From Lama glama (lineage: Eukaryota): DNA of 64,000 bases. The notes under the pieces were generated by a model. It made no database searches and was not told where the DNA came from. It worked only from the letters and a program-made list of their open reading frames with translations. Below are positions 1-13,770 of this stretch, piece by piece (within the stretch, counting starts at the first letter, position 1; every line of letters starts with the position of its first letter). Where the stretch lies: NCBI GenBank assembly GCA_028534125.1, contig CM052816.1, forward strand, positions 57,848,001 through 57,912,000, read 5' to 3'. A program made the position numbers and the translations under genes.

Positions 1-99
1 ACCTTACAACATATTGGAAAAGAGCAACTAAACTGATCAAGAGGATGAAAGGAAATTTTATTGAGATAAACCAAAAAAGTGAAGAGGCTAGAGAAGGAA

Positions 100-320
100 A
101 CTTATTGGGCACTTACTACATATTGGACATTAGGCTGGGCACTTAATATATGTCCTCATTTAAATTGTGATGCAGTATTTCCCTGTTTTACATATAAAGG
201 AAGAGGCTCAGAGGCATGGTGTTACTTGCTGACATTTTCATAGTATTTATTAGCACAGCAAAGATTCACACTTAGATTTTGTGACTCTAAAGCCTATCTG
301 TGTCCACAATCACACTGCTT
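100..320 (-). mobile_element. MIR SINE (degenerate)
   Basis: Reverse-complement MIR core-like motifs: gcacttactacat...gttttacatataaaggaagaggctcagag...gactctaaagcc. Confidence 0.6.
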
Positions 321-642
321 CCTTTTGGATGTGAAGCTTGTTTGCAGACATTTTAGCGAAGGCCAGAATAACTATAAAATATACACAGAATAACTATGAA
401 ATAAACACATTTTTACTGAACTTTCAAATTCTGGTCCTTGGAGATATCTTTTCAAAATTAAATAGAGGAAATATTTCTTTTTATAGTGGATACTTAGAAT
501 ATTGTTGTTTCAAAAGTTGACTGTCTGAAGGGTAAGCAGGCTCAAGAAAGAGTTGTGTATACTCTTGAGTGGCATAATCAGAGTAGGATTACATGGTCTC
601 AGAACTCAATATGTGAGACTGATTATCCTATCCCCTTGCTAC

Positions 643-776
643 TTCAGTGTTGTCTGAAGGTCAGCATCATTACCTGGGAACTTTTGGAAATGCAGAATCT
701 CTGTCCCCACCTCAGACCTCCTGAATCAGAATCTGCATTTTATCAGGATTCATATGCACATTAAAGTTTGAAGAGC
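643..776. mobile_element. MER5A-like hAT-Charlie DNA transposon fragment
   Basis: cagcatcattacctgggaac...gaaatgcagaatctc...ccccacctcagacctcctgaatcagaatctgcatttt...tatgcacattaaagtttg. Confidence 0.8.
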
Positions 777-986
777 TGATCTAGATTTTACATTTTGCCA
801 TTGTCCACTCAATTTAATGTTCTGTCTGACTTTGTAGAAAGTCTTTGGTTCTGATGTTACATGTACAGACCTTCCAACTATTATACAGAGGTGGAAAGAA
901 CTTTAAGTGATGCCATTTAAAAGTATCTCAGAAAGATTAACATCCTGCTTTAAAAGATTTACAGAAAATGGAATGTCTTTCTAAGA

Positions 987-1499
987 TGTAGTAATTTCCT
1001 ATTGCTGCTGTAACAAAATTACCACAAATTTGGTGGCTTAAAACAACACAGGTTTATTACTGTTCTGTAGGTCAGAAGTCTGATACTGGTTCTTACTGTG
1101 CTAAAATCAAGGTATTAAAAGGGAAGTATTCTCTTCAGAAATCTCTAGGGGAGAATCTGTTTCCTTGCCTTTTTCGTCTTCTAGAGACCACCTGCATTCC
1201 TGGCTGATTCAGACATCTTCTAAGTGCAGAGTGGCAAGTCAGGTACTTCTTATCTCGTGCTGTTTTTCATACATCACACTAACAACCTGTCTCCCTCTTT
1301 CACTTCTTAAGGATTGTGATTACATTGAGCCCACCTGGATAACCCAGGACTGGCGCCTCATTTTAAGATCAGCTGATGTGCTGATCTTAATTCCATCTGT
1401 CACCTTAATTCCCCTTTGCTGTTCACAGGTTCTGACATTCACATGTTCTGGAGTTTGGGCCTGGACATCTTTTGGGGGTACATTATTCTGCTTGCCACA
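987..1499 (-). mobile_element. MLT1D-like MaLR solo LTR
   Basis: TG...CA termini; minus strand starts tgtggcaagcagaataatgtacccccaaaagatgtcca and ends ttgttacagcagcaataggaaatt; about 510 bp. Confidence 0.8.
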
Positions 1500-2689
1500 C
1501 TTGGCAACTCATTCTTATGTTTGTCATTGGTTTCTATTAGGAAAACTTTCCACTTGCCAAATTGAAATTCTTCATCCTTGTACCCATTTATACCCATTTC
1601 CTTTTGTTCTATTCTTAATGGAGATAAAAAATGATTACTGGTTACTTACTTATAAGCAAACATTAAAAAGTTCAACTATATCAAAGTTACTGCGCTTATC
1701 CTTTGTAAATTTACTAGTCCTAATTTATTTTCAGTTCATATGATCCCCTTGAACAACTGCACACAGGGCATTCTGGGACCCCTGGCTTTCCGCACTGCAT
1801 CACCACCCTTGCTTTTTGTCTCCCAATTTAAAATTCATGAACATTGTTGTAGATAACTGTCTTCTCTGGCTCTAGAATGAGGGCTGATCTCTTGTGCTAG
1901 AATGAATATACTAGGAAAGAAATAGAGAATAAGTAAGAAAATGTAATAATAACAAGTAGAGAATATGTAAGTCACTGGTGCCCTGGAGTATATAACTTAA
2001 GAGTCCCCTCCTCAGCTCATGCTCGCATAGAAAATTTCCCACAGAAAGATTATTTTGTTTCTGTGTCAGATTGTTAGAGCATGCGGGGACCTTAAATATC
2101 CCCCAGTCAGCTCCTTCACATAGCTGCAGGGTCTGAAGTTTTCTACCAGCTGGTGAAACTCAACCTGAATGTCGGGTCTGCTCACTCCTGACCTGGTGTA
2201 CAGCTATGCACCTAATGTAACGCCATTAGATTTCATCCTTCTGGGCAGATCTAGGAATGTAACTGACAATTTATAACATCGTTTCTCTGGACAGTATAGT
2301 CTAAGTTCCAAACATCTAATCATTTAAAAAAATAATCCACTTGAAATGTAGGCACTTATTAATAGTTAACTATTTAGAAAGAAAATCTTCGTTCCTCACT
2401 GAGCCAGTTTTTGGAAGCTTTTAATATTATTGGATCATTTTAAGCTTCAGACTTCAAATTTAGACAGATTTTTCTAATAAAGGTCTGACCTTACCCCTGC
2501 TTAAGACGAGGGAGGGACTGGTTTTGTGTATAAACACATACAGGTGTGTTTGTGTTTGTTTTATTTGGGAGATGGATAAAGAATAACAATAACATGCAAA
2601 TACTGTGTTTAACCAGCTCCCAGGCCTTCTAGTTGTATTTGGCTTTTGGTCTGCTGTGACCTTCAGGTAATTATCTGCCATTCATTCCT

Positions 2690-3725
2690 TTTTAATTTTT
2701 TTTAAACAGCTTTATTATTTATTCACATACAATTTACCCATTTAAAGTATTCAGCTTAATGGGTTTTTTTGTATATACACACAGGTTTGTGCAGCAACCA
2801 TCACCACAATCAATTTAGGACATTTTCATCACCTCAAAAAAAACCCCATACTTATTAGTAGTCACTCCCCATTTCCCTCCAAGCTTTCCCCATTATTGCC
2901 ACCACCCCCCAGATCTAAACAACCAATAAGCTGCTTTTTATCTCTGTAGATTTGCCTATTGTGGACATTTCATATAAATGGAATTATATAATATGTAGTC
3001 TTTTTGTGACTGGCTTCTTTCAAAAATATGATTTTCGAGGTTCATCTATATTGCAGCATTAATCAGTACTTCATTTCTTTTTGCTGAATAATATTCCTTT
3101 ATAAGAATTTACCACATTTTGTTTATCTATTCATAAATTGATGGATATTTGCATTTTCCACTTTCTGGCTGTCATAAATAATATTGCTGTGAACATTTGT
3201 GTATAGTTTTTTGTGTGGATACAGTTCATTTCTCTTGGGTATATACCTAGGAGTGGAATTGCTGGGTTATCCACTAACTCCATGTTAACGTTTTGCAAAA
3301 CTGCCAAACTTTTCCGACGTGGCTGTACCATTTTACATTCTCACCTGCAGTGTGTGAGGTTTCTAGTTTCTCTACATCCTTGTCAACAGCTGATATTATC
3401 TGCCTTTTTGATTATAGCCATCCTAAGTGAGTGTGAAGTTGTGGATTTCAGTGTTGCATTTCCTTAATGGGAAATGATATTAACCATCTTTCCATGTACT
3501 TGTTGGCTGTGTGTGTGTGTATTTTAGAAATGTCTGTTCAAATCCTTTGCCTGTTTTTCTGTTGGGTTGTCTTTTTAAATGTTGAGTTGTGAGAGTTATT
3601 TATATATTCTGGGTACAAGTCCCTGATCAGATTAATGATTTGCAAGTATTTCCTTCCATTCAGAGTTATGCTTTCACTTTCTTGATGGTGTTTTTTGAAG
3701 CACAAAAGATTTTAATTTTGATTAA
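2690..3725 (-). mobile_element. Old LINE-1 (L1MB-like) 3' end
   Basis: T-rich start, typical L1M 3'UTR, ORF2 C-terminal remnant PAIPLLGIYPRE...MFTAILF on minus strand (ORF 3131-3331). Confidence 0.88.
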
Positions 3726-4331
3726 GTTGCCATTCATTCTTTCTCATTCGTTCCTTGAGCTCAAGTTTATTGAGCACTGCCATATGCCAGTCATTGTGCC
3801 AGGTGTCATCTTGTGGGCTACCTCAAATTTGGCTTATTAGGTTTCTCTTATTTACCAGTAGTGTGCTGGGTGACTGGGTAAGGTATTACTCTTTGCTTTA
3901 TGTGAAAAAAGGGGAAATATGCTGATCTAAGTCTGATGGAAGTTTTAGTCTGATGAATCATTGAATGAGTAAAGCCACCGTTCAGCAAGTATTTGAGATT
4001 CTAAGAAGAGGTTTTAAGACCCATCTAGGCTCTAAGTTAGTGGAAACAAATGGCTCCTAGTCCTTAAGTTATAGACAAAACTAGCAGCATTTTTACTCAT
4101 AATCTTATGGTAGAAATTTTAACAGATTTTCTCCATCTTCTGCTTGTTAGAGGTTGAATACATGTTGTCATGAACTGAATTATAAACTGTGCAATATAGG
4201 TTACAATTTCGTAGTAGATCTTTAAATAATCTTAAATGGAAAATATGACAAAGGTATGTTTAGTAAAACATAAATAAAGTGAACCTGTTGTGAAACCATG
4301 CCTGTGTTTACATAATTGTCTTATTCCTCAG

Positions 4332-4409
4332 GTAAAAGATGCCTGCTTTCTGCAGCCTATGTGGACAGCCACAAATGGGAAGCAAGAGAAAAAGAAGATT
4401 GTCACCTTG
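4332..4409 (+). CDS. MRPS27: Mitochondrial ribosomal protein mS27, coding exon 2 (78 bp)
   Basis: ttcctcag| acceptor, |gtaggt donor; translates (G)[25 protein letters not shown](A), matching recalled human [27 protein letters not shown]; phase 1 end joins the next exon. Confidence 0.96.
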
Positions 4410-4751
4410 GTAGGTGGGCTCTTATATGTGTCATTTCCATTCACTCTGTATGTTTGTCATCATATATTCATATGAGATATATGTGAAATGATGCTTTTAT
4501 GATAATCCGATTCTGATAAGCACATTTTAAGTCTTAAAAATTAGACTATTGTTTCACACATGGCAAAATCATTTTTTCTATCTTGCAAATTTCTTTTTTG
4601 CCTTGATGATCAGTCTCCCTGAATTATATAAACAGTTCTTTTTTGTTCATTTTTATCGTATAGTTAGTACCATGCAGCCTGTCTGTGTTTTATCTACAGA
4701 ATCAGTCTTTAATATAATGGTTGCAAAATGATGGTTTTCCAGCTTCATGAA

Positions 4752-4869
4752 TACCTCCACATTTACTAATTAGTACTCAATATTTCCCATAAGCAAGAAC
4801 CTTCTTTTTCTACCTCCACATTTACTAATTAGTACTCAATATTTCCCATAAGCAAGAACCTTCTTTTTC
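4752..4869. repeat. Perfect 59-bp tandem duplication
   Basis: tacctccacatttactaattagtactcaatatttcccataagcaagaaccttctttttc at 4752-4810 and 4811-4869. Confidence 0.98.
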
Positions 4870-5039
4870 TCCCATTTCTTTCTTTCTCTGTTTATCTATT
4901 TATTATCAGTATGATATTGTGGAGTCCTCTTTTTTTTCTTTTAATGATTCATTAACAGATTTGACTAGTAGAAGCTCTTTCAAGCTGCCTCCCAATGTTG
5001 CATCTCGTACCTTTCCTGCTGTAGCCCTGAAATCAATTA

Positions 5040-5277
5040 CAGATGACCCTTGAACAACCAGGGCTAAAGGCACCCACCCTCAGCGCAGTCAAAAATCCAC
5101 ATATAACTTATAGTCAGCCTTCTGTATAAGTGGATTTCTCCCTAGCCAAGGTTTCACATCCATGGATTCAAGCAGCTGTGGATCATGTGTGTAGTCCTAT
5201 AGTACATATTCAGTGAAAGAAATTCACATGTAAGTGGACCTGCACAGTTCAAACCTGCTTTATCCAAGAGTCAGCTG
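5040..5277 (-). mobile_element. MER8-like (Tigger2-derived) MITE
   Basis: Terminal inverted repeats cagatgacccttgaacaa ... tatccaagagtcagctg, preceded by TA; internal taagtggacctgcacagttcaaacc. Confidence 0.8.
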
Positions 5278-6589
5278 AATTTCTCCAAGGAACACTGGTT
5301 CTTTTTATTAGGGAGTATTATTAGACACCCAAGATCTGTGTGCTAGTTGTCCTCTTGCTGCTGTGGAAGTTTTGCTTCTTTGCCCATTCATTGGGCAGAG
5401 CTAAAAATTATACATATACACATAAACATATATATGTACACATGCATACAAGCTTACATGTACATATTTTACAAATAATGAGTTCATAATGAACCCTCCA
5501 ATTCCATTTCATCCCTATAGGGTTCTTCCTTGCCATCCTCTAGTCCCTATTTGTATCTCCCTTTCATGCTGAAAATGCTGGCTCCCAACTGGGACAGTGT
5601 TTTGAAGTGTGGCTTAGTCTTGGCATTGCAGGTTATCTAATTTTGCTGTCTTCTAGTAAGTGCCCTGTAGTCATTGTAACAGTCAAAAAATACCTCTGTG
5701 TGTTCTAAAATGCCCTGGAGAGCCAATAGTACTTTGGGGGGGGGGCACTGTTCTCGTGATGAAAGCAGTATGAACTCAGTGAATTATATTGCAAAGCTTG
5801 TTCTGATGTGCCATATATGAATGATAAGAAAAGTGCTAAGAAAGTGCAGAAAGAGAATGAAGCATTTTGGCAAAGCTCCTGTTAACACTTTCCCAGGTAT
5901 GAAGGGAAAATTAGGAAATAAGACCGTTATATTTGGTGCCTTGGTATGAGTTACAGTCAGCTCTGTTATTTGGAGACAAACCTAGGGAATATTGTCATGG
6001 ATTCCTGAGTAAGCAGATGCTGTTGCCAAAGAATGAGCATAATAATCTGCAATGAATAAATATCACGTGGAGGTAATTGTCTCCTTCTCTCTGTTAATAT
6101 TAGTGTACTTAGAAAAGCAGTACCAGCTACTATTTACTGAATCCTATCCTGCCAAGAATACTCTCTGTACATCCTGAGTCCCTGTGCAGTCAGAATTGAT
6201 TTTTCCTCACCCTGTGTTCTTACACAGTGTGATGTGGTGAAGAGTATGCCCTTGGAGGGAAGGTCTGAGTATGAGCCTCAGCTCTGCCAGCCTTCAGAAA
6301 CTGTCATTTAACCTCGGTTCCTGTACCTATATACTAGGGATGATGATAATGCCTACCCCAGATAATAGCCTCACATATAGTAGGGGCTCCAGAAATATGT
6401 GGAGGGAACAAGTGCCTAGGCCCCTTGATCTTACCTCTGTATAAAACATGTGATAAGGTTTTGAAACTCGAACTGCTTGGAAGAAAAAGAGGCTGTTAGA
6501 AACAATATTTTTTTCCTGCTGTGTAACTGAATGCAGTTAAAATTTTCGTTTGTATGTGACATAACTGCATGTTTTCCCTAATTCATAAT

Positions 6590-6970
6590 TGAGCCTTTGG
6601 GCTGGGATACGGGCTGCATGCCGATGATTGGGCAGTAGGTGGCAGTGTGGCCTCTGCGGAGACCGCGCAGCCTGTGGAGCCGGGGCGGTTGGACACGGGC
6701 TTTTGGGGAAGCCTCCTCGTGCGTGCGTGCGCGGAGGGCTGCCCCCGGCATGTGGAGTGCTGTGATTGGCCGCTGTGTTCTGGTGCGAGCTCGTTGATTG
6801 GGGGAGGGAGGAGGGGCGATATGAGGCTTTCACTCCGTGCATCCCCATTGGAGGGCGTGGGATGGGGTGGAGTGGATCGCGGCTGGGGAGGGAAGATGCC
6901 TGGGTGTTGGTGTGGGTGTGGGGCATCCATACTCTTAAGTGATTTTGCCTCCAGGCGGAATCTGCGGAGA
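6590..6970. promoter_or_regulatory. CpG/GC-rich intronic patch with CCAAT and GC boxes (candidate cis-regulatory element)
   Basis: Many retained CpGs in an AT-rich intron; ATTGG at 6627, 6765, 6797, 6847; GGGGCGG at 6682; GGGCGTGG at 6853. Confidence 0.45.
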
Positions 6971-7489
6971 CCTGGGTTCTTTCTGATGGTGGTGCAGCTT
7001 TGGTGCCTCCGCTCTTCAGTCTCGTTAGTGGCTTTCCATTAGAGCCTTGGGGGAGAGCTGGTAGGGATCTGTCTAGCTCCCCGTGTGAGGGTAATTTATT
7101 ACTATGGAGAGCTTGATTAACATCAGGAGTGCTATTTAGTGCAGGTATACCTACATTGCATTCTAGGGAGGAATCAGGCCATGAATGCAAGGCAGGCCCT
7201 CTGACATAAAAGCCAAAAGGCAGCCTTTGTCACTTCTATCTGTATTCCGGGTTCTGTGCTAAGCACTTCTCGTGCACTATTCCGTTTAATGCTCACAACA
7301 GCCAACTGAAGAGCTGCTGTCATTTTCCTTAGAAATGAGGAAACTGAGTCCAGATTCTGATGTTTGCTTAGGGCCATGCAATAGTTTGTTGCCTCTCTGC
7401 TCAAAAATAGCATTGTTAGTGATTGCTGTAGTACCTGCAGTTCTACCATAGTGTCTTCCCTTGCATTGAAGCAGTGAGTCTCTTGCTTT

Positions 7490-9050
7490 TAAAATAATAT
7501 TTTCTGATTGCCGTGTAATATATACTGAAAAGTGCACAATTCATAATACATAGATTGATGAATTATCAAAGTGAACAAACGTGTGTAATAGAACATTCCT
7601 GCCACTCCAGAAGCCCTTATTGTGGTTCCCATTTTCTTCAAAGGTAACCATTATCCTGACTTCCAACACCATAGGTTATTATTATTTTTAAAACATTTTA
7701 CATTGGAAAATGTAAAACAAAAGTAGAGTACATAGTATAGGGAATCCCCTTTGCCCAACACCTGGCTTCAACAGTTGTCATCTCATATAGCCAGTCTTCA
7801 TCTCTATTTCTGCTTATTCCTCCATTCTGATCCTTTGGATTATTTTGAGGCAGATCCCAGACAGTGTATCATTTTACTCATAGATATTTCAATATAGACC
7901 TCTAAAAGATAAGGATGTTTTAAATATCATTAGCATATGTAAAATATTAATAATATTTAAATATGCAATATTTAGTCCATGGTCAAATTTCTCTGATACT
8001 CTCATAATTTTTTCTAATGGTTATGCACCATTACAGGTCCATACAGTGCAATTGGTAATGTTCCCCTCTTCTCTTGCCTCTTTTTAAGTCTTTTTTGTAG
8101 AAACATACAAAGGGAGAACAGTATAATGCACCCCTGTGTACTGTCACCCAGCTTCAACGGTTATCAGTTCCCTGCCAGTCTTAATTCATCAAACCCCTAC
8201 CCCATCCCCAGGTTACTTTTTAACAAATCCTTGTTATCAGATCATTTTTTATATATTTTGATACATATCTCTATAGATAAGAATTTTTTAAAAAACCCTA
8301 ACTATAAACCATTCTCATATCTAAAAATTAGTAATTCCTTAATGTCATTAAATATTTCATCAATGTTCACATTTCCTCAGATGTTTTATGAATCTCTTTT
8401 TAATTTGCAATTTGTTGAAATGGGATCCAGATAAGGTCCATACATTGTAATATGTTGAGGTGATTTTTATAGGTTTCTTTCTCTCTTGCAGTTTATTTGT
8501 TAAAGAAAATGGGTCTTTTGTCTTGTAGTGTCTCACATTCTGGATTTGCTGCTTTTATCCTTATGGTGGTGTTTAACATCCTCCTCTACCTTCCATATGT
8601 CCTATAATACTGGCAGTTAGGAAAGAAGCCTTGATCAGATTCAGGGTTTGTTGGGTTTTTGTTGTTGTTGTTTTCCCACTTTTGCCATGAATACTTCATA
8701 GGGAGTGTTGCTTACTCTTGTCAGGAGGCACACAGCATTAGGTTGTCCCTCTGATGTTAAAGCCATTTGTGATTATTGCTTACACCCATTATTTCATGAA
8801 GAGCTGCAAAATGTTGCTATTTTAATTCTGTCATTTCTTCCTCATTTGTTACCCAGAAGATTTTTGTTAAAGAATTTCCTTTCATCAACAGTTTAGTTAT
8901 ACTGAGATATGGAAAGATGCAATTTTCAAAATAATGAGTTGACTTCCTACCATCCTCCAAAGATGATCAATGAGGGTTTAAAAAAATACTCATGAATTTA
9001 AGTGTTTCAGACATTTTAATCCATTGCAGTTGATGTTTTTATTGAAAAGG
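7490..9050 (-). mobile_element. Cluster of degenerate old LINE-1 3' fragments (L1MC/ME-like)
   Basis: Motifs such as tactgaaaagtgcacaattcataa, aggtaaccattatcctgacttc, tgcacccctgtgtactgtcacccagcttcaac. Confidence 0.55.
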
Positions 9051-11412
9051 CCTCAGTTCTTCAACTAGGCTCTGCAGGGCCCTAGGCATTCTTGAACTTT
9101 CCATCGCAAATCAGATTTCAATTTTAGACTCTTTCTGTACTTGGCTTCCTTTTGGTTAAAATAAACCCTGAATTAAAGCATTGTTTCTGAAATCCCTTCA
9201 TTAACCATGCAGATCTGCTGGGGAGGTTCAGGGTGAAAGTGATCAGTGTTAGCCAGTTAGTAGCTGTTGAATTATAGACTAGGGTCTGCAGTTAATAAGA
9301 CTCAGGAGAAAACCATTCTGGGGAACTGAGTAAGTAGGGTGCTGATCGGAGGGCAGGCCTGAACCTACCTGGGTTCCATGAGAAGTTTGCTTGGGTCACT
9401 CTGCCTGAGGTAAGGGCCTAGGTGACTTGAGCTGAATTGGTTCCTGAGCCCTACTGAATTAAATGTTTTATTTTGGATTTTTCACTCTATAAATAGTCAT
9501 AAAGTAAGGGATACCTTTTAGTTTCAGTTACTGCTTTTCAGTTTTTGTTTTAAGAACTCCCTCACTACAGGTGTAGCCCTAGGCAGTCTTGGCTTTACCT
9601 GAGGATATCTGAACCAGCTTCTCACCTTAAAAAGGCCTTGGTTCTACCCTCTGTTCCCTGTAAGTCATTAAAACCACAGCTCTGTGTCACTGGGGACCTG
9701 CAGATGCTCTCACGTGACTGCTACCCTCAGTACTCCCTTAAACACTCAAGGTTTGTACTTCCATCTCTCCTTTAGTCTCTGGCATTACTTCTGTCTTCTT
9801 GAATGCTCAGTCATATATTTTAGATGTTTTTAACACTTTATCTAGGTGTTTTGCTTTTATAATGGGGGGAATTTTTTAAAGGGTACTTAGTCCACCTTAT
9901 TCGGAAATGGAGTTCAGTTTAATATCATCTTTGAATGTAGGAGCAACAGCCAAGACTTGTTTCAAGGTCCCTCCATGGGTAGTTCTCAAACATAACTCAC
10001 TTGAGTGCTTGCAAGGCTGCATCACAATCTCCTGGGGCTTTTGTTTAAAAATTTTGTATTTCCCTAGTCTCACCTCAGCTGTGGAATTAGAATCCCCCCT
10101 TGGGTGTGAAGCTTAGGAATCTGAAGTTTTAAAATTTTAAAGCCTCTTTGGGGTTCTAATCCTTAACCAGGATTACACTCCTGTACTTGGGATAGTGCAG
10201 GGTCCTCAATAAAATCATTTATGTCCTTAGATTATCAATGGTATTGTTTCTTCAAATAAAAAGAACACTCTTATGCTAGTGTACATTTCATTTTCTGGAC
10301 ATACTTCCACATTGTCTATCCAGCTTTAAGTTTTCTTAAATGAAGAATTGGAATTTCAGACTCATTTCCCCCTATAGTCTTCGTTGACCTCAACCATCCG
10401 CTGCAGTGCACATTCCTGAGGAGGCTGAGTGCTAAGCAAGAAAGCATCTTCTTTGGCACATCCCTTTGAATAAAACCTGGGCGTCTGCTGGCCAGAATGA
10501 AACGTGAAGTGTGGTTTTGACTGTTGAAGCCTCAGTCCAGAAGCCTGTGGCGCTGATCCTCTGCAGGCCACAGCTGCCCAGCTTTCCTGGCCATCCCTGC
10601 TCGGTGCGGTTTTCTGCCTCATTCATCACACCAGTGTTACCGTGTGAGGTGATTGGTCACATTATATTTAGCATCAAACCTTTCTCTGACTTACAATATG
10701 CAAATGTTATTCATCAGATGCTGGCTCTGCAGCTGTTGCCTTTTTTTGAGGCCCTAGCCGATTTTACTTGCCTGAGGATATCCGGGTGTAAAGGATTAAA
10801 GTGGAATCTTGATTTACCACACTATAGGAGGCTACTCAGTCTAGTGTTTATTTATACATTGTGCACTGGGTGAAACCCATGAGGAAACAGAGGCCATTTT
10901 AATTAGGCCAGTAGATCCAGATCTTGCATTTTTTTAGTTAAAATATGGCATAAAGGGAGTTGATTCTTTATACTGCTTATCATCTGAACACAAGAGCCTC
11001 TATTATGAAGTGGTCATAAAGATTTGGTGTCATGGGAATGCTGTTTAGTATCATTCTATGAGCAGCTAGATTTAACAATATTAATTTGCCTTAGTATGAA
11101 GAGGTTTTAGGGACTTCTTTGTGTGTGTGTGTGTATGTATGTATGTGTGTTTTAAAATTTTTAAATCACATAGTATCAGTCCCTTTAAGATAGTCGTAAG
11201 AAAAGTAATTACTTTCACATCATATCAGGTTTTAGTGGTTTTGCAAAGTTCCTTTCCCCTAGTAGCTATTGAGCCATTGAGAGCATTGCCCCAGGGAAAT
11301 AAAAAAGAGTGGTTAAGTGCACAGCAATAGGTCTTTAACAAATACTTGTCATTAGATTGCCTGTCCCTTTTTTTCTTCCACTGGGAGGTAAAAAAGCTTG
11401 GAAGTCCAATCA

Positions 11413-11617
11413 GAGTTGACCGTTGAATAACATGGGTTTGACCTTCGCAGGTCCACTTATACATGGATTTTTTTTTTTCCAATGCAGTACTGCACAATGC
11501 AGTTGGTTGAATCTGGGGATATGGACAGCTGACTGGGGGACTTGAGCATCTGTAGATTTTGGGGTCTGCTGTGGGTACTGGAACTGATCCCGTGAGGATA
11601 CCAAGGGATAACTGTAT
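11413..11617 (+). mobile_element. Tigger2/MER2-type MITE
   Basis: gagttgaccgttgaataacatgggtttga...ggtccacttatacatggatt left end; gataccaagggataactgta right end. Confidence 0.75.
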
Positions 11618-11679
11618 TTCTTTTTCCTTCCTTCCTCTCTTTTTTCCCTTCCTCTTTCCCTCCCTTATTTTCTTCCTTT

Positions 11680-13050
11680 TATTTATTTCTTTAGGTATTT
11701 ATTGGGTGCCTTTTATAAAACTCTTGTAGAAACTGAGAATGTATCAGTGACTTGAGTCCTTACCTTCATGGAGTTTATTTCTAGGTGTAAAAGACAAAAA
11801 AAAAAAATCACCCCCCAGTACAGACCACTTTATGTAGGCATTGGTAGGTCATAGAAAATATTTTGGATTTTATTCCGAGTATGGTAGGAAGCTGTTGGCC
11901 GATTGAGAAAAGAAAATGACAGGATCTGATTTATCTTTTAAAATGCTCACTCAGACTGCTGTGTGGGAGTTAGATTGTAGAGGTGGGGACAATAGTTAAG
12001 GTGACCAGAAGGGAAGTGAGAGGTTAGCGGGTAGTGGTGAGATATGTGTGTGTGTATATGTATGTATGTTTCAAATCCAGAGCTTGTATGGTTGCAAAGT
12101 ATTAAAAAGGATAAGATGAAGGATGATGACTTAGTTTTTGGCCTGAATAAGCCAGCGAATGTAGTGATCATTTACTGAGATGAGAAAGGCCTAGGAAAAG
12201 CAAGTTTGGAGTGGAAGTTTGAATTATTAAGAGGACAAGTAATATTAAGATACCTATTAGACACCGGAATGGAGATGTCACCTATGCAGTTGGAAGTGTA
12301 AGTCTGGAGTTACAGGCAGAAGTCAGGATAGGCATTTATGTGTGGAGTCAGTAGTCTGTAGATGATGATTAAAGCTGTGAGGAAGAGAGAATGAGATACC
12401 GAGGACTGAGCAGAGGGTGAAGAGTCTGCTCCTCAGACTTGAAGCATGCCAACATAAAGAAGTCAAGAAGAGGAGATCCTGCAAAGGAACCCAAGATAGA
12501 GAGGAAAAAAAGAGCATTTCATGAAGGATAGAATAGTCAGTTGTATTAAATGCTGTGAGAGGTCAAGTAAGATGAGGCTGAGGAGTTAACCACTGGATTT
12601 AACAATATGGAGGTGGTCTTTGGTGTTAGTAGAGCAATGGAAACCAAAATCTGATTTAAGTGAGTTCAGGAGAGAATGGAACTAAGGAGGTAATAACAGT
12701 TGTACGGGGGATGACTGTTGAGTCTTGCTGCTGACGGGAGCAGAGCCTAGGAGAAGTAGCCAGAGGGAGATAGGAAGTCAAAGGAAGTCTTTATCTTTTT
12801 TGATTTTTGTTTCTTTAATAAAGTTCATCCTTTGTGGGGGAAAAAAATAGGAGGCAGGATATATGGACACAGATGCTGGTAGCCTGGTAGACCTGATGGT
12901 AGGAGGACAAAGTTCTCTTGATTGCTTCTGTTTTGTATTCAAGGAAGTAAGACAAAAAATCATGAGCTGAGAGCAAGAGTGAGGAGAGAAGGGGAAAGAG
13001 CACGCATGTTACAAGTTTGAGAGGCAGTGAGAAGGAGTGAAATAATTATT
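11680..13050 (-). mobile_element. L2 LINE fragments
   Basis: Purine-rich + strand with L2 motifs: atttattgggtgcc, ccttcatggagttta, gatctgatttatcttttaaaatgctcactc, aaatgctgtgagaggtcaagtaagatgag. Confidence 0.8.
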
Positions 13051-13653
13051 TTGGAGTGTATGTTTTCTATTATTCCACACCTTTTGAGACTCTGAGATAA
13101 CAGTGTAATCTCAGGAATACCAAATATTCGTGTGAATGTTCTAGTAAAGGGAACCAGAATAAGACTAGTTCAGGCTGAAAGTCATTAATTATAGCCAGGA
13201 TGCCTTGCCCCTCTGATTTGTTCAGGGAATGTATAAAAGTCATTTAATAAGTTCCAACTGAAAATTTTTTTAAATAGCTAATATATGTACCTGGTTCAAA
13301 ATGCAAAAGGAATAAATATGTAAGCAATGAAGAGTTTCCTTTTCTTGGCCCCCTACTACCTAATTTCTTTCCCTCAAGTCTGTCAATAATAGCACTTTCT
13401 TGTGTTTCTTTCCAGAGATATTTTATTGATCCACTTTTTAAAAGCTAAATATATACTAAGATTTTTTAAAATTATCCTTTCTCCAATTAAGTAAATACTT
13501 TAAAAAATTACACTGATATTTCTCTTTCCTCTTTAATTTATATGAAAATAATTCTAGAAAGAGCATCTGTTTTAATGTTGACTTTGTAGTGTTGACAGCC
13601 GTCTGGCAGGAGTTGTATCTGTTAGATTTTTTTTCTTGAAGATGTATGGTTAA

Positions 13654-13770
<117 letters not shown>

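Noticed and set aside
1165..1743. 192-aa ORF
   Set aside because: Starts at a non-ATG codon and runs through an antisense MLT1D LTR; no protein similarity recognised
4320..4340. AG|GTAAAA at the exon 2 acceptor resembling a recursive splice site
   Set aside because: Fully explained by coding of Gly-Lys (G|GT AAA)
6537..7190. 217-aa minus-strand ORF and overlapping 115/131-aa ORFs
   Set aside because: Pro/Ser/Ala-rich with no recognisable domain; explained by stop-codon scarcity in the GC-rich patch
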